Origin: Octopus vulgaris
Taxonomy: Eukaryota
NCBI GenBank assembly: GCA_951406725.2
Contig: OX597814.1
Coordinates: 106,888,001-106,952,000 of the forward strand
Direction: 5' to 3'
DNA: 64,000 bases
Part shown: positions 25,501-38,407 of the stretch, piece by piece
Layout: each line of letters begins with the position of its first letter
Numbering within the stretch: the stretch's first letter is position 1
Notes under the pieces: generated by a model
The model's database searches: none
The model's input: only the letters and a program-made list of their open reading frames with translations
Told to the model about the DNA's origin: nothing
Position numbers and translations under genes: made by a program

Positions 25501-25615
25501 GGGTGATTTTAGTTTCCTGAAAGCAAATGATATCTGCCTGTAAAGATTCCAGTAATTGGTGAATTGGTATTTTGCTCGCTCGGATCCCATTAACATTCCA
25601 CGTTAATAACTTCAT
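25501..25615 (-). CDS. APEX2: APEX2 (AP endonuclease 2) first coding exon; downstream exons not found in window
   Basis: MKLLTWNVNGIRA...LESLQADIICFQETKIT followed by a phase-1 GTGAGT donor; WNVNGIR and QETK(I/V)TR are ExoIII/APE2-type motifs; the splice donor argues against a LINE endonuclease. Confidence 0.75.
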
Positions 25616-25951
25616 GTTTCCGCGGTAAAGCAAAGGCACCTGAAACAAGTTACCTCCCTTGACTGAGAGCTCTTAAGCAAGGGAAATAAATCAGTAAAAA
25701 TATATTAGAGTTACCCCACTTGAATCTCTGCTTGAAGCCAGGCCAAGGATTCCCCTCAATGACCAGCTTGACCATTTAGTCTTTTTATCTGATGCAGAAC
25801 ATTGAACTAACGGGGCTTAGGCAACCACCTGTAAATAACGGCTGTAATTTCAATACACAGGACACTTTACAGAACTTACACAATGCAGCAATTTCTCTTC
25901 TGGTGCCAAAGTTTATCAACGATGGACAACACTTTCTTTAAAACGGTCAAA

Positions 25952-26180
25952 GGCGGCGAGCTGGCAGAAACGTTAGCACGCCGGGCGAAATGCGTAGCCG
26001 TATTTCGTCTGCCGTTACGTTCTGAGTTCAAATTCCGCCGAGGTCGACTTTGCCTTTCATCCTTTCGGGGTCGATTAGATAAGTACCAGTTATGCACTGG
26101 GATCAATGTAATCGACTTAATCTGTTTGTCTGTCCTTGTTTGTCCCCTCTATGTTTAGCCCCTTGTGGGTAATAAAGAAA
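25952..26180 (+). mobile_element. tRNA-derived SINE, tail type GTGGGTAATAAAGAAA (second copy ~39501-39731)
   Basis: A/B-box-like head (TGGCAGAAACG; GAGTTCAAATTCC), conserved core, ~23-bp TSD GACAAC(A/G)CTTTCTTTAAAACGGT. Confidence 0.85.
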
Positions 26181-26411
26181 CAGACAACGCTTTCTTTAAA
26201 ACGGTTGTCTTTGAGATCTTCTTGGTTGTAGCTTAAAACAAGACCAATCAGGAACCAATCGATCAACAGCCAAAACCATTCCAGTTGTCACCATCCTTTC
26301 ATCTTTTTTGCTTTGACTTTTACATTCGCAATTTTACTTAGGACTGTCTTAAGATTCTGCCTTTGTTTCTTTAAATCATGCATGTGAACTGAGAGATTTA
26401 GAAATAGCAGT

Positions 26412-26641
26412 TTAACTCTTTAGTTACCGTGTTTCGGTTGAGATGCTTTGTGTTTCTTTCAATTAATTTTGAATATAACATAGAATTTAGTGAAATAACT
26501 TAGTTATCATTCAACTAGTGTTAGGAACATAAATTGTGACTGAGATTTGGTGGAAGATTTTAATTCAGAACTTTTGAAAACAAGACATTTGTACTACAGA
26601 ACCAGAGGCGGTTTCAGACGGGTTGGTATCAAAAGGGTTAA
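26412..26641. mobile_element. piggyBac-like MITE (second copy ~42565-42793)
   Basis: TTAA flanks, CCCTTT/AAAGGG-type termini, two similar copies. Confidence 0.65.
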
Positions 26642-27769
26642 ATGTACACTTGTGGTTTGCATGTACACATAATGTATCCCTCCCAATCAACCCATCTTTC
26701 ACTGCTCATGATAACTACCTGATGTACACACCCCTTCACTCTCCCTTATATGCCTCCCTGCACACAATCACCCTTACTACCCTCACATATCTACCATAAC
26801 CCCACCGTCCCTCCTATATCTCCCACCATCACTTGCTAGTCACCTCTGCCCCATTTCTACCCATCTCCCCCTTCTAACCCTAACCCTTTCCAATCCTTTC
26901 AACCACTTACATTGATCTGCACTGTACCTTACAAGTAACTCCCAACACATCTCCATCATCATCATCATCTTCTTTCTCTCTCTCTTTCATTCTGCCTGCC
27001 TATGCTCCTCTCTGACTTTATCTCTTTTCCTCTTTCCTTTTCCAACTGGGGCAGCCGAGTATCTCCTCTATAGCAAGACACCATTTTCTATCCATCTATT
27101 ATACTTTAACTTCTCAACTGGAACAAGTCACTTCTCTCAAAACCACTCCCTCTCCCAGCCGAGGAATTTTTTGTCTTGCAAGTTACTTGGCAACCCCAAT
27201 GGTGCTGGCACCACATAAACAGCAACCAGTATACTCTGTAAAGTGGTTGGCATAGAAGCTGTGTAGCCATAGAAACTCTGCCAAAGCAGGCAGAGGAATC
27301 TGGTGTGGCTCTTGTCAAAATGTCCAAACCATGTGAGTATGGAAAACGGATGTTAAATGATGGTGACAACAACGACGGAGGAGGAGGAGGAGGAAATCTT
27401 CCAAGAATTGCATGAAGCCCACTAGGGTCGTAGCTTGTAAAGGATTGTGATTCGTTTCTAATTGTGTAGTCTATACTTAGCTACAATAGCGACAACATGA
27501 ATTTCTTCCATCTTCTTCCTCTGTTAAAGTATTTGAGTAAACTTATATTAATGTATCCAACTGGTTAAAATTCTATTTATCTATTTTTACAGCTGATGAT
27601 GGCTCTGCATTTAAATTGATGCAATGATTGCATTGCTCAATTAAATGGATCCACTTGAAATGGTCGTACTATATCACAACTTAATATCCTGTTGCGTATT
27701 TCGCTTTTATATATCCTTAAAAATGCTTTAGCCCGAAGGCCACGGCCATGCTGAGGCACCACCGCTGAT

Positions 27770-28355
27770 ATATATGTATATATATAATAAATAATATCAG
27801 GGTAATAAAAATTATAGAAATTTTTACTACCAGTGGCCTAGCGTAAAAGAAATTTAGTCAATAGACTATATATTATTCATATAAAATACCGTGTACATTA
27901 AAACACAGTAAGCGGCTTCCATCATAGGAATGACTTACACTAGAAAGAACAGTTAAAGTCCAAGCCACTAATTAGGGATAAATTCCCAAAGGGAATGAAA
28001 AATAAAAACATTTACCATCTAATTCAATTCTCGCTGATGAAGACAGCCTCAGTAAATAATAATTTTTTTTATTTATTGGAATAAGGCAGAAACCATGGTC
28101 CGGGAATTGAATTAGATGGTAAATATTTTTATTTTTCATTCCCTTCGAGAATTTATCCCTAATTAGTGGCTTGGAGTTTAACTGTTCTTTCTAGCATAAG
28201 GCATTCCTATGATGGAAGCCACTTAATGTGTTTTAATGTACATGGTATTTTATATGAATAATATATAGTCTATTGACTAAATTTTTTTACGCTAGGCCAC
28301 TGGTAGTAAAAATATCTGTAATTTTTATTACCCTGATATTATTTATTATACATAT
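27770..28355 (+). mobile_element. ~260-bp inverted repeat enclosing a hammerhead-like core (Penelope-type terminal repeat)
   Basis: arms ~27770-28033 and ~28101-28355; loop CTGATGA..GAAAC-CATG-GTC. Confidence 0.65.
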
Positions 28356-28647
28356 ATATATATATATATATATATGAATGTATGTATGTGTATATATATA
28401 TGATTGACCACTAACTCAAAAAGTTTTTTTTATTCTCTCTCTGTTTATTTCCTCATAATCCTTTCTATTGAAGAGTTTAGGCTCGAAATGTAAAAGACTT
28501 TTTCATTTTCCCGAGCATCAAACTAATACATCTGCTTGTTGTTTATACACCCATCTTTGTCTTTTATTTTCCTGTAAATTTCAACTATATATATATATAT
28601 ATATATATATGAGTGTATATATATATATATACTTATATATATGTATG

Positions 28648-28686
<39 letters not shown>

Positions 28687-28698
28687 TATATAGAAGGA

Positions 28699-28747
28699 GC
28701 TTCTACAGGACTAGAACTGTTTCATTCAAAAGAAATCATCAGGAAGC
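28699..28747 (-). ncRNA. type I hammerhead ribozyme motif (identical core to 28946-28994)
   Basis: same sequence 247 nt downstream on the minus strand. Confidence 0.65.
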
Positions 28748-28945
28748 CTTCTGTTTCCTTGGTGGGATAGTAATGTTCTTCAGGGAAGTGTTGAGGTCGA
28801 TTCTTGTCAGCATTTTTTCTTGGTGATGGTTATAAGGGCACTGGGGTGTGCTAGGATATGTAGGTCCCGGGTTGAGTCGGGGTTAACCACAGTAAATAAG
28901 GTACTCAATACATAGCAGAGTAAATTAATTTATTATATAGAAGGA

Positions 28946-28994
28946 GCTTCTACAGGACTAGAACTGTTTCATTCAAAAGAAATCATCAGGAAGC
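28946..28994 (-). ncRNA. type I hammerhead ribozyme motif
   Basis: GCTTC-CTGATGA-tTTCttttGAAt-GAAACAG-ttctagtc-CTGTA-GAAGC. Confidence 0.65.
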
Positions 28995-29510
<516 letters not shown>

Positions 29511-29551
29511 AAATAAAAAATAAAGAAAAAGAATATATATATATATATATA

Positions 29552-30803
29552 TTGGGTCATCCCATAAATAATGCAGTTTTTTTATACTTCTTTTATTTTT
29601 CAAAATTAAGATTAACAAAGTTCTCTTTTTAATCTGAAATATACTCTCCTTCATTATCTTCCACCTCTCTGGTAGACTTCCAAGAGCCCTCTTCCAAAAT
29701 TCACTTGTCCGTGACAAAAAATACTCCTCCAGTACTGTTCTAACCTCTTCTAAAGAATTCATATTTTTTCTCTCCAAATGATTTTGAAGACTGCAGAATA
29801 AATGATAATCAGATGGGGCAATGTCCGGCGAATATGGTGGGTGGGGCATCATTTCCCATTCAAACTGCTCCATCCTTGCTGTATGTGGCCAGGCATTACC
29901 CTGATGGAAGAACACCTTTCGTCTTAAAACCAAAGACGGTTGTTTTTCTTCTAGCACTGACTTAAGAAACTCAAGCTGCTCACAGTAGATCTCCTTTGTT
30001 ATCGTTTGGTTTGGGTTTAAAAGTTCAAAGTGGATTAAACCTTTCTTTTCCCACCAAACAGATAACACCTTACATGGGTGAAGATCTTCTTTAGCCTGGG
30101 GTACCAGTTTTTATCCTTTCCCTACCCACATTCTTTGGCACTTGACATTTTTAGAGAGAACCCATTTCTCATCATCAGTCACTATTCAGCCCCAAAATGG
30201 TTCGTTCATGAGATGTGACAGCAAAGAAGAGCACACATTCACTCTCTGCACACAGACTCAGAAAGTTTGTGAGGAACTCATTGACCCAATTTGCAGACTT
30301 TTCCGATGGCACGCAGGTATCAATGAATGGTTGGATGACCAAATCCAAGCTTCTCTGCTAGTTCCTCAATAGTTACAATGCGATTTTGTTCCATCAGGGT
30401 TTGTAGGACATCCTCATTGAGCTCTACAGATCTTCCAAGACGAGGCTCATCTTCTATGTTGTAGTTTCTGGCTCGGAATTTCTGTAACCACCGGTGACAC
30501 TGGTGCCACTTATTGTCTGATCCCCATATACTGCATTAATATTCCTCGCACTTTCCATTGTGCTGATGTCTTTATTGAACTCATAAAGCAAAATATGCCG
30601 AATATGCTCCTTTGTCACTTCCATTATAGCTTTGAAAAAATAACAGTTAAAATCGAACTTCACTCTTCAAAACTTACACTAAGAATAGGGACAAAGTAAA
30701 ATTACTACCTGTCTTTATGGCAAGTTGATGCAAGTAGTTTATCCTGTCCACCTTCGACTTTTAGTTCATGCAATAGAACCATATTATTTATGGGATGACC
30801 CAA
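29552..30803 (-). mobile_element. mariner fossil
   Basis: TIRs TTGGGTCATCCCATAAATAAT; MEVTKEHIRH..., HPPYSPDIAPSDYHLF; frameshifted. Confidence 0.9.
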
Positions 30804-30804
30804 T

Positions 30805-31026
30805 GGTAGACGGACAATTCATTGACAGACAGTTGACCAACAAACAACTTATAGACAGGACAATTCCTTTTCTGGTTCTATCAAAAATATAGGTGTACCC
30901 TTTGTATAGAAGCTTTCTACCTCCTCGTTCTATTCTGCTGAACTCCATAATCGATACTTCCACATGTCGACTTATTGTCCAATCAGCCAACTGTCCAACT
31001 GGCAAATTTTCTGCACACGTGACCCA

Positions 31027-31027
<1 letters not shown>
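30805..31027 (-). mobile_element. small element with FLYWCH-like peptide remnant (MULE-derived?)
   Basis: SRIERGGRKLLYKGYTYIFDR resembles a FLYWCH domain start. Confidence 0.4.
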
Positions 31028-31071
<44 letters not shown>

Positions 31072-32059
31072 CATGCAGGTATGTAATTGTAAAATCCAAG
31101 GGTGTAGGTGTAGAAAGTTAAGAAGCTTCAAGCAGTCTGAGAAGATAGGAACAATACTGGCTTATTGGAACAGAGGGTTGTAGGTTTTTCCCATACTGAA
31201 GTTCAATAAGCTGAAAAAAAAATTTTTTTTATAGTTCATGATTAGCAACTACAGCTGTTCTGAATCATCATCATCATCATTTAACGTCCACTTTCCATGC
31301 TGGCATGGGTTGGACGGTTCAACCGGGCTCTGGGAAACCAGGAGGCTGCGCCAGGCTCCAGTCTGATCTGGCAGTGTTTCTACAGCTGGATGCCCTTCCT
31401 AACACCAACCGCTCCGTGAGTGTAGTGGGTACTTTTTACGTGCCGCCGGCACAGGGGCCAGGGGAGCTGGTATTGACCACAATCGGATGGTACTTTTTAT
31501 ATGCCACCTGCACTGAGGCAGTCAAAGCGGCACTGACAGTGGCCACGTTCGGAGGGTGCTTTTTATGTGCTACCAGCACGGGGCTCACAACTACAATTTC
31601 CATTTGATTTGATTTTCATATTTCCCCGGCAACAATCACGCTTGGATGTGCTTTTAACGCTCCACTGGCACGAGTGCCAATTAGGCGGTACTGTCATCGG
31701 CCACGTCAGTGATTTTGATTTCACTTGCCTCAATAGGTCCTCACAAGCAAAGTTTATTTCACTCTAAGTTCAAATTCTGCTACAGCCAGCTTCTGTTTTC
31801 AGGAACAATAAATACAATACCAGTCAGATACTGGGGTTAGTTCTTACCTTTCTCACCATTTTTCCTGTCTGTCTTGTCTTGGGTTCTCAAAGAAACCAGC
31901 AAGGCTCCATAACCATCATTTAATGATTTCCATGCTAGCATGGATTGGACAGTTTGACAGGAACCAGCAAGCCAAAAGACAGCACCAAACCCCACAGACT
32001 GCTTTAGACATGATTTCTATGGCTGGACACCATTCCTAATGCCATTCACTTTAGAGTAT

Positions 32060-32330
32060 ACCGTAATCCCTCGACTATTGTGGATGTTACATTCCAAAAC
32101 CTGCCACAGAAATAATTAAAATCTGAAAAAATATAAAAGCATTAAATTCGCTCTGCTGGGTGGTTGGTGTTAGGAAGGGCATCCAGCTGTGAAGATCCTG
32201 CCAAAACAGTCACAGAAGTCTGGTGCTATACTGAGGAGTCCACGATAAAATTTTACATATATTAGCCAGAAAAATCCCCGATGTACTGAATGCATGACAG
32301 GTGAACCACAATATGGCGAGGGATTACTGT
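32060..32330. mobile_element. Tigger/pogo-like MITE
   Basis: termini CCGTAATCCCTCG / CGAGGGATTACTG with TA flanks. Confidence 0.6.
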
Positions 32331-32610
32331 ACCAGGTGCATTTTTACATGGTACTAGCATGATACCATCACCCCCACACCCCCACCAAGTGTTAAAAAAG
32401 GAATAAAATATAATAAATGCTTGCAACATGCTGCCTTTCATGGCAGCAACCTACATGGCTCCATGGAAAAGCTGAGAGCCCAAGATATGGCATAATAACA
32501 GCAGAAGTTTTTGATTGTCTGGAAAGAGTGAGTTGGAGGTAAACACACGAAGAACAGAGACCAGAACACCGTTTTAGCTTCGAAATGTATATTAAAGAGT
32601 TATTTTAGGT

Positions 32611-32616
32611 TTTATT
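32611..32616 (-). promoter_or_regulatory. candidate poly(A) signal of UBL4A
   Basis: AATAAA on minus strand ~570 nt after the stop; unverified. Confidence 0.3.
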
Positions 32617-33181
32617 CAAATTATAGTACAATAAAATATTTGAAAATAGCTTAGAGAAAAAGAGAGAGAGAGAGAATATGATGTGAATTATTAACTACCA
32701 AGTCTTTGAATAGTCTCTCTTCTGATGTTTAAGCTAGACAACTTGAGGGTGGGGTGTGGTGTGTATGCGTGTGTGTGTGTGAGTGTGTGTGTGTGTGTGT
32801 GAGATATGTGATGTGCCTGTGTTTGTGTGCATACACAAGGCCAGAAATGGTAACAGATAAAGGATGGTTTGTTTTGGTTTTCTTTCCCAGAGTTGTGTAT
32901 GCACCACATTTTAAGAACAGATTGGTTGAGGCGGGCAAGGGGAGAGAAAAGATGGCGGCACACGGCATATCTTTGAGTCGCTGGCACTTGGCATATCTTT
33001 TAAGAAGAAAGAGGAGGAGAAGGAAAAGAAATTTCAAAAAAGAAAGACAGAAAGGAAGTTGATGTCCCAACACATCTTCACACACAACTGCCAGGCACCA
33101 ATCACGGGAGGGGGCAGAGGGGGAGGGAGGAAAGACCACAATGAATAAAAAAAAAACGAAATAGGTTCAATGAGATGTGTG

Positions 33182-33277
33182 CTACGAAGAATTTAACTTT
33201 TTCGCTTGAAATAACTTGATGGTTGCCAGGCGTTCAATGTCATCTAAGCTGAGGCTGTTCAGTCGGTTCTCGAAATC
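33182..33277 (-). CDS. UBL4A: UBL4A terminal coding exon 4 (DFENRLNSLSLDDIERLATIKLFQAKKLNSS*)
   Basis: TTTCCAG acceptor, TAG stop; LSLDDIERLA matches human LTLDDIERLA. Confidence 0.92.
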   Translation of the reverse strand, partial: DFENRLNSLSLDDIERLATIKLFQAKKLNSS

Positions 33278-36200
33278 CTGGAAACAAAAACAAGAGAGAT
33301 TCCACATTAATGGTTTGACCAAACTGACAAATATAAACACAAAAAAAAAACATCAACATCATCATCACCATTGTTTAACGTCCTCCTTCCATTCTGGCAT
33401 GGGTGGGACGGTTTGACAGGAGCTGGCCAGACAGAACCTAGCACAAGACTTCTGTGACTGTTTCGGCAGGATCTTCACAGCTGGATGCCCTTCCTAACAC
33501 CAACCACCCAGCAGAGCGAATTTAATGCTTTTTACGTGGCACAAGCACAGGTGAGATCAGTTTTGGCAAGGTTTTTACAACTGGATGCCCTTCCAAATGC
33601 CTAATACCATCCCCATCTTTAATCATCCTTCACTCTCCTCATACATTCCCTATTCTCCTGTCTCCTCTTCTACTTAAGGCTCAGGCCTGACACCACTAGT
33701 TTTATCTCTGTCCAACTCCACCCCACCCACTCCCACCCTCTCTCCTGTCGATCAAATGCATCTCCTGTACATTAGCTCATTCCCTCCATCAAATCAACAT
33801 TACCTGCAAAGGTGCAACAGGTGTGTCACACGTCAGGTGTCAAAAGTGATTGCAGAGCAGCGCTAGATGAAGTGTTGTTGCTCAAGAACACAATGCACCA
33901 CCCGGTCCAGGAATTGAAACCAAGACCTTGCAATTGTGAGTGCAACACCCTAGCCACTAGGCCATACACCCTTGCATATCTCTTTTACTCGTTTCAGTCA
34001 TTTGACTGCGGCCATGCTGGAGCACCAAATCAACCCCAGGACTTATTCATTGTAAGCTTAGTACTTATTCTATCGGTCAATTTTGCTGAACCGCTAAGTT
34101 ACGGGGACGTAAACACACCAGCATCATTGTCAAGCGATGTTGGGGGTGGGGGGCAAACAGACACAAACATATACTCACACACACACACACATTTATATAT
34201 ATATATACACACATATATACGACGGGATTCTTTCTGTTTCCGCCTACCAAATCCACTCACAAGGCTTTGGTCAGCCCGAGACTATAGTAGAAGACACTTG
34301 TCTAAGGTGCCACGCAGTGGAACTGAACCCAGAACCATATGGTTCGTAAGCAAGCTACTTACCACACAGCAACTCCTATTTAAAACTTAAGGGTCTAAGT
34401 GAATCTATTGTTGCTCAGACTTAAATATGTAAATCGATTCCATAAACTCATTAAGAAATGTGTTCTGGCCTCTTCTCTCTCACTTTAATCCCTCGTCCCA
34501 TACCTTAAATCCACTTCCCTTTCAATTGTAGCCCCATCCATTCAAAGGGAAATTAGTTTTAAATATTGCTGGGTGATTTCACTAGTGCTGGTAAGACAAA
34601 AAAAAAAGCCCTAATGGCATCAGGAAGACCATCCAGCCATATAAACCATTCCAAAGCAGACATTGGAAGATGGTGCACTCCTTAGACCCATTGGATCCTT
34701 TCAAGCCAGCCAATCCATGCCAATAGTGGACATGGATGTTAAATCATCATCATCATCATCATCCATGCTTGCATGAGTCAGACAAAATTCAGTGAGGTGG
34801 CTTTTCTATAGCTCAATGCCTTTTCTGTCACCAACCCTTCAGTCAAACTAGAACTCAGTCAAACCGCCCAACCCATGCCAGCATGGAAAACGGACGTTAA
34901 ATGACGTCGATGATGGTGATGATTGTAAAGTCGTTTAGTTGTTTGTTTTGTTTTTGTCAGAGTTACAAATGAATTTTAAGATGGTTTGCCCAGTAATAGT
35001 TACTAGATTATCTCCCTTACATTAGCTGTAGGGAAGCGTTCTTTCTCTTGCTGCCGAGAAGCAGACGTTAAGCAATCAATGGCGACGGGAAAAGCGCAGA
35101 AGGACGGCAGTAAACGCTTCATCACGTTTGTTTGTTGCGGTCACGATGGCTACGGAAGAGAACAGTAAAAGACGAGAATTGGGACGGAGTGTGGGGGAGA
35201 GGGCAGCAGTGCACACCTCTTTCCAATACTAATTAAGAAAAAACCAAATATGACAATAGGTGTGAGGAACGTAACATAATACACTTTGTTGAAGAATGAA
35301 TTATTCCACACAAAGACAATTTAGATCAGGGATGGGCAACTTTTCGTCAACTGGGGGCCACATCGTACCATTTCCAAGTGGAGAGAGGGCCACATCGTAC
35401 CATTTCCAAGTGGAGAGAGGGCCACATGGTAAAACACATATGCATGAAATATCACTTGCCAACTTTACACTGAATTCTTTGCAGTTCTTAATTTTATTTG
35501 TCTCAGTATGACATTAATAACCTAGACATTCGTCGAGGACCACAGGTTGCCCATGCACGATTTAGATGCAGTGCCCAGGTTAGGGAAGACAAGCGTTACG
35601 AGATGCTGGTTGGAAGACTGCAGAGATGCTGGTTGGAGTGAAGTAGACTTTCCTGTAGAAGTTGGATGGTGGGGTTTTATTGGGACCAGACTGAGACGAT
35701 GGCTGCTATCAACTGGTGTCCAATATTATTAGCAAGCAAACAGAATCTTGAAACAAGATCAGGCAACAGGTGAGAGGACCAATCATTAGACATGGCTGAA
35801 AAGGAATGGCAAAACCTGGATGGAGAGGTGATGATCCCGAATTGAACTGGAAACCAAGTACTAGTCAGCCAAAACAGCAAGGTGGAGGCCTCACATCAGT
35901 GGGGGGTTTGCAATAAAGCTGTTAAGAAGGCTCCTGAACAGCATGAATTGTTTACTCATGACCTCCCATCCCGAACCTCCTGGCATCCTGTATGCAGGAT
36001 TTTCAAATGACTTCACTAGCAAGCTCTTTCTAACTCCCTAATCTCCCTTACATTAGCTATTTGGACACGCAGGGTGTGAGAGTGTGAGGAGGAAGATGAA
36101 CAATGACAGAGATGGATGTGAGAGGTAGATGAGGGTGGCCCATAGTGAAGAAGGTGACAAACACTGAAGGTGGCATCAACAGCACAAAAAAAAATGGGGT

Positions 36201-36552
36201 GTTGAGAATGACAGCAAATATGAGAGGGGGCTAATGATGAGGTGTGACAGGATTTAAAATAGAAAAACAAAAAAGCAAAGAATCTCTGGTTCAAGTTTTG
36301 ACCATTTACCTCACAGTCGGAGGTGGTTTAATTAAACCAATCAATAAGAATTTGTTAAATTAGAAAAATGATAACGGTCTCAAAGTAATGTGAATGAGTA
36401 ACATATTTCCCCTGAGGAGAATTAAGAAAACATCTGAATCTATTTCAATCACAAAATTAAGCCAACCCATGAGTTGCATTCATTAAGATCTCCCCACGAT
36501 ACCCTAACCTTCAAAAACAAATGTCAAGCTAGTTTTATAAAACAAAATTAAG

Positions 36553-36996
36553 GGTAAATTTCTGTATTAACACCCGCATGATTTTCACTAAGAAAAAAAA
36601 AAAAAAAACTTGGATTTTTTGCATGGAATCAAATACCCTGACCTCCTAATATGCTGCAAATCCCTTATTTTGGTTTGAGAAAAAAAAGGGGGGGGGGGCG
36701 ATTCCCCCTTTCTTCGTGTGGGTGAAAAGATCAATGGGTATGGGGGTGAAATTTCCGAGGCTTCCACCTCACACCACCCCGTTTTTTGGGCCCCAAAAAG
36801 AGTTTTGTAGGTCACAGGAATTCACTCAACAAAAAAAAAAATTTCCAATGATTCCAGTATGGTCCCCACCCACTTTTCCGAACCAAAATAGGGGATTAGC
36901 AGCATGTTGGGAGGTTAGGGTACTTGATTCCACACAAAAAATCCGAGTTTTTTTTTCTTAGTGAAAATCGTGCAGGTGTTAATATAAAAATTTACC
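36553..36996. mobile_element. Merlin-like MITE
   Basis: ~110-bp TIRs starting GGTAAATTT, perfect 8-bp TSD AAATTAAG. Confidence 0.8.
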
Positions 36997-38216
36997 AAAT
37001 TAAGTACTCTAGTGTGGAGGCATGTGGATCAGTGGTTACAGTGTCAAACTCATGATCATAAGATCATGGTTTCAATTCTTGCACAGGGCTACATGTTAAG
37101 TTCTTAAGCAAAATACTTCATTTCACGTTGCTCCAGTCCACTCAACTGGTAAAAGTGAGTAATCCTGCAATGGACTAGCATCCCATCCAGGGAGAAAATA
37201 TATCAGAGTCACAGAAACTGGCCCCATGGGTTTTTATGACTTGAGAAGGATCTTTATCCTTTCATCCTATATTAGCTGCTCGACAATCCCCTGCTGTTTA
37301 TACCTGGATTAAAAGATTAAACCCTTTAATCTAGGACAGGAGTGGAAAATCTCTTTAGTGTAGCAAGCAAAACTTTCCAAACAAAAAGGTCCATGGGCGG
37401 ACCACAAGTTCTAACTCTTACATCTGCGTAAATTTTGTATATATCACCATCATCATCATCATTATCGTCATAGTTTAATGTCCGCTAGAGTGTAGTTGGG
37501 TCTCAAGCGGGTGGTACAAACCTAGCAATATGTGTTTTATAGTGAAAACAAAATTTCCATTCAAATGGCAATTACCAGACAATTTTCTGTTCGATTCTAA
37601 CTGTTTTAAGTCATAGTAGAAATGTGACCTATGTCGCAAATAGGCATACGAATATTGTATAAATTTCATAATTGAAAAATTTACTCTATTTTGTATATAC
37701 GAGTATATGTGAATGCAGGCACAATAAAATGGGCTTGCATCCACAGGTGGGGGTTTCCCCACCCCTGATCTAGAGTAAACCCCATTTAGCTTAAATCTAT
37801 AAAAGACTTACATATAGATATTAAAATTATCTCTATGGATTTTCCATAGAAATTAGAGCCAGCACTGAAAGTTACACTGTTTTGTATATGAATACATCTA
37901 TATAAACAATGTGATTGCAGATAGAACAACAGGTAATGGATGTATATACATATTTCAAGAGTTCTTGCTCTTTCGTCAGTGCCACATCCAACCCATTAAT
38001 TATCCACGAAACTCATTGCTTAAATGAACCACTAAATTGCTGGCAACTGGTACCTGCATATCAATTGCTGGCAGGGACACCGCATTTCATTGTGCAACCC
38101 TAACATACTCCCAAGTATACAAAGGGCTTTTGAGTCAATGCTCTTCCCAAACAGGAGGCCATAAAAAATGATTTAGAAGTATTTTGCAACACATACACTC
38201 GTCATGTATTTTTTAC

Positions 38217-38407
38217 CTTTTTGAATTCCGTCAAAACTAAGTCAGCATCTGAATCAGTGAAATGTCGACAGAGGAAAAGACGCAGTTTATCATAGAAGTG
38301 CGAAGACTGTGCAGTTGAGCTGGGACTTGGTGTTTCATCAGATTTCTTTGTTACCAAAAACACTTTTCCATTTTCAGGAATCTGATAGGAATTGATGGTT
38401 TTCTCAT
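38217..38407 (-). CDS. UBL4A: UBL4A coding exon 3 (DEKTINSYQIPENGKVFLVTKK...FLCRHFTDSDADLVLTEFKK)
   Basis: AG/GT flanks, 191 nt, phase 1->0 consistent with neighbouring exons; RHF..DA..VL matches the UBL4A C-terminal domain. Confidence 0.92.
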
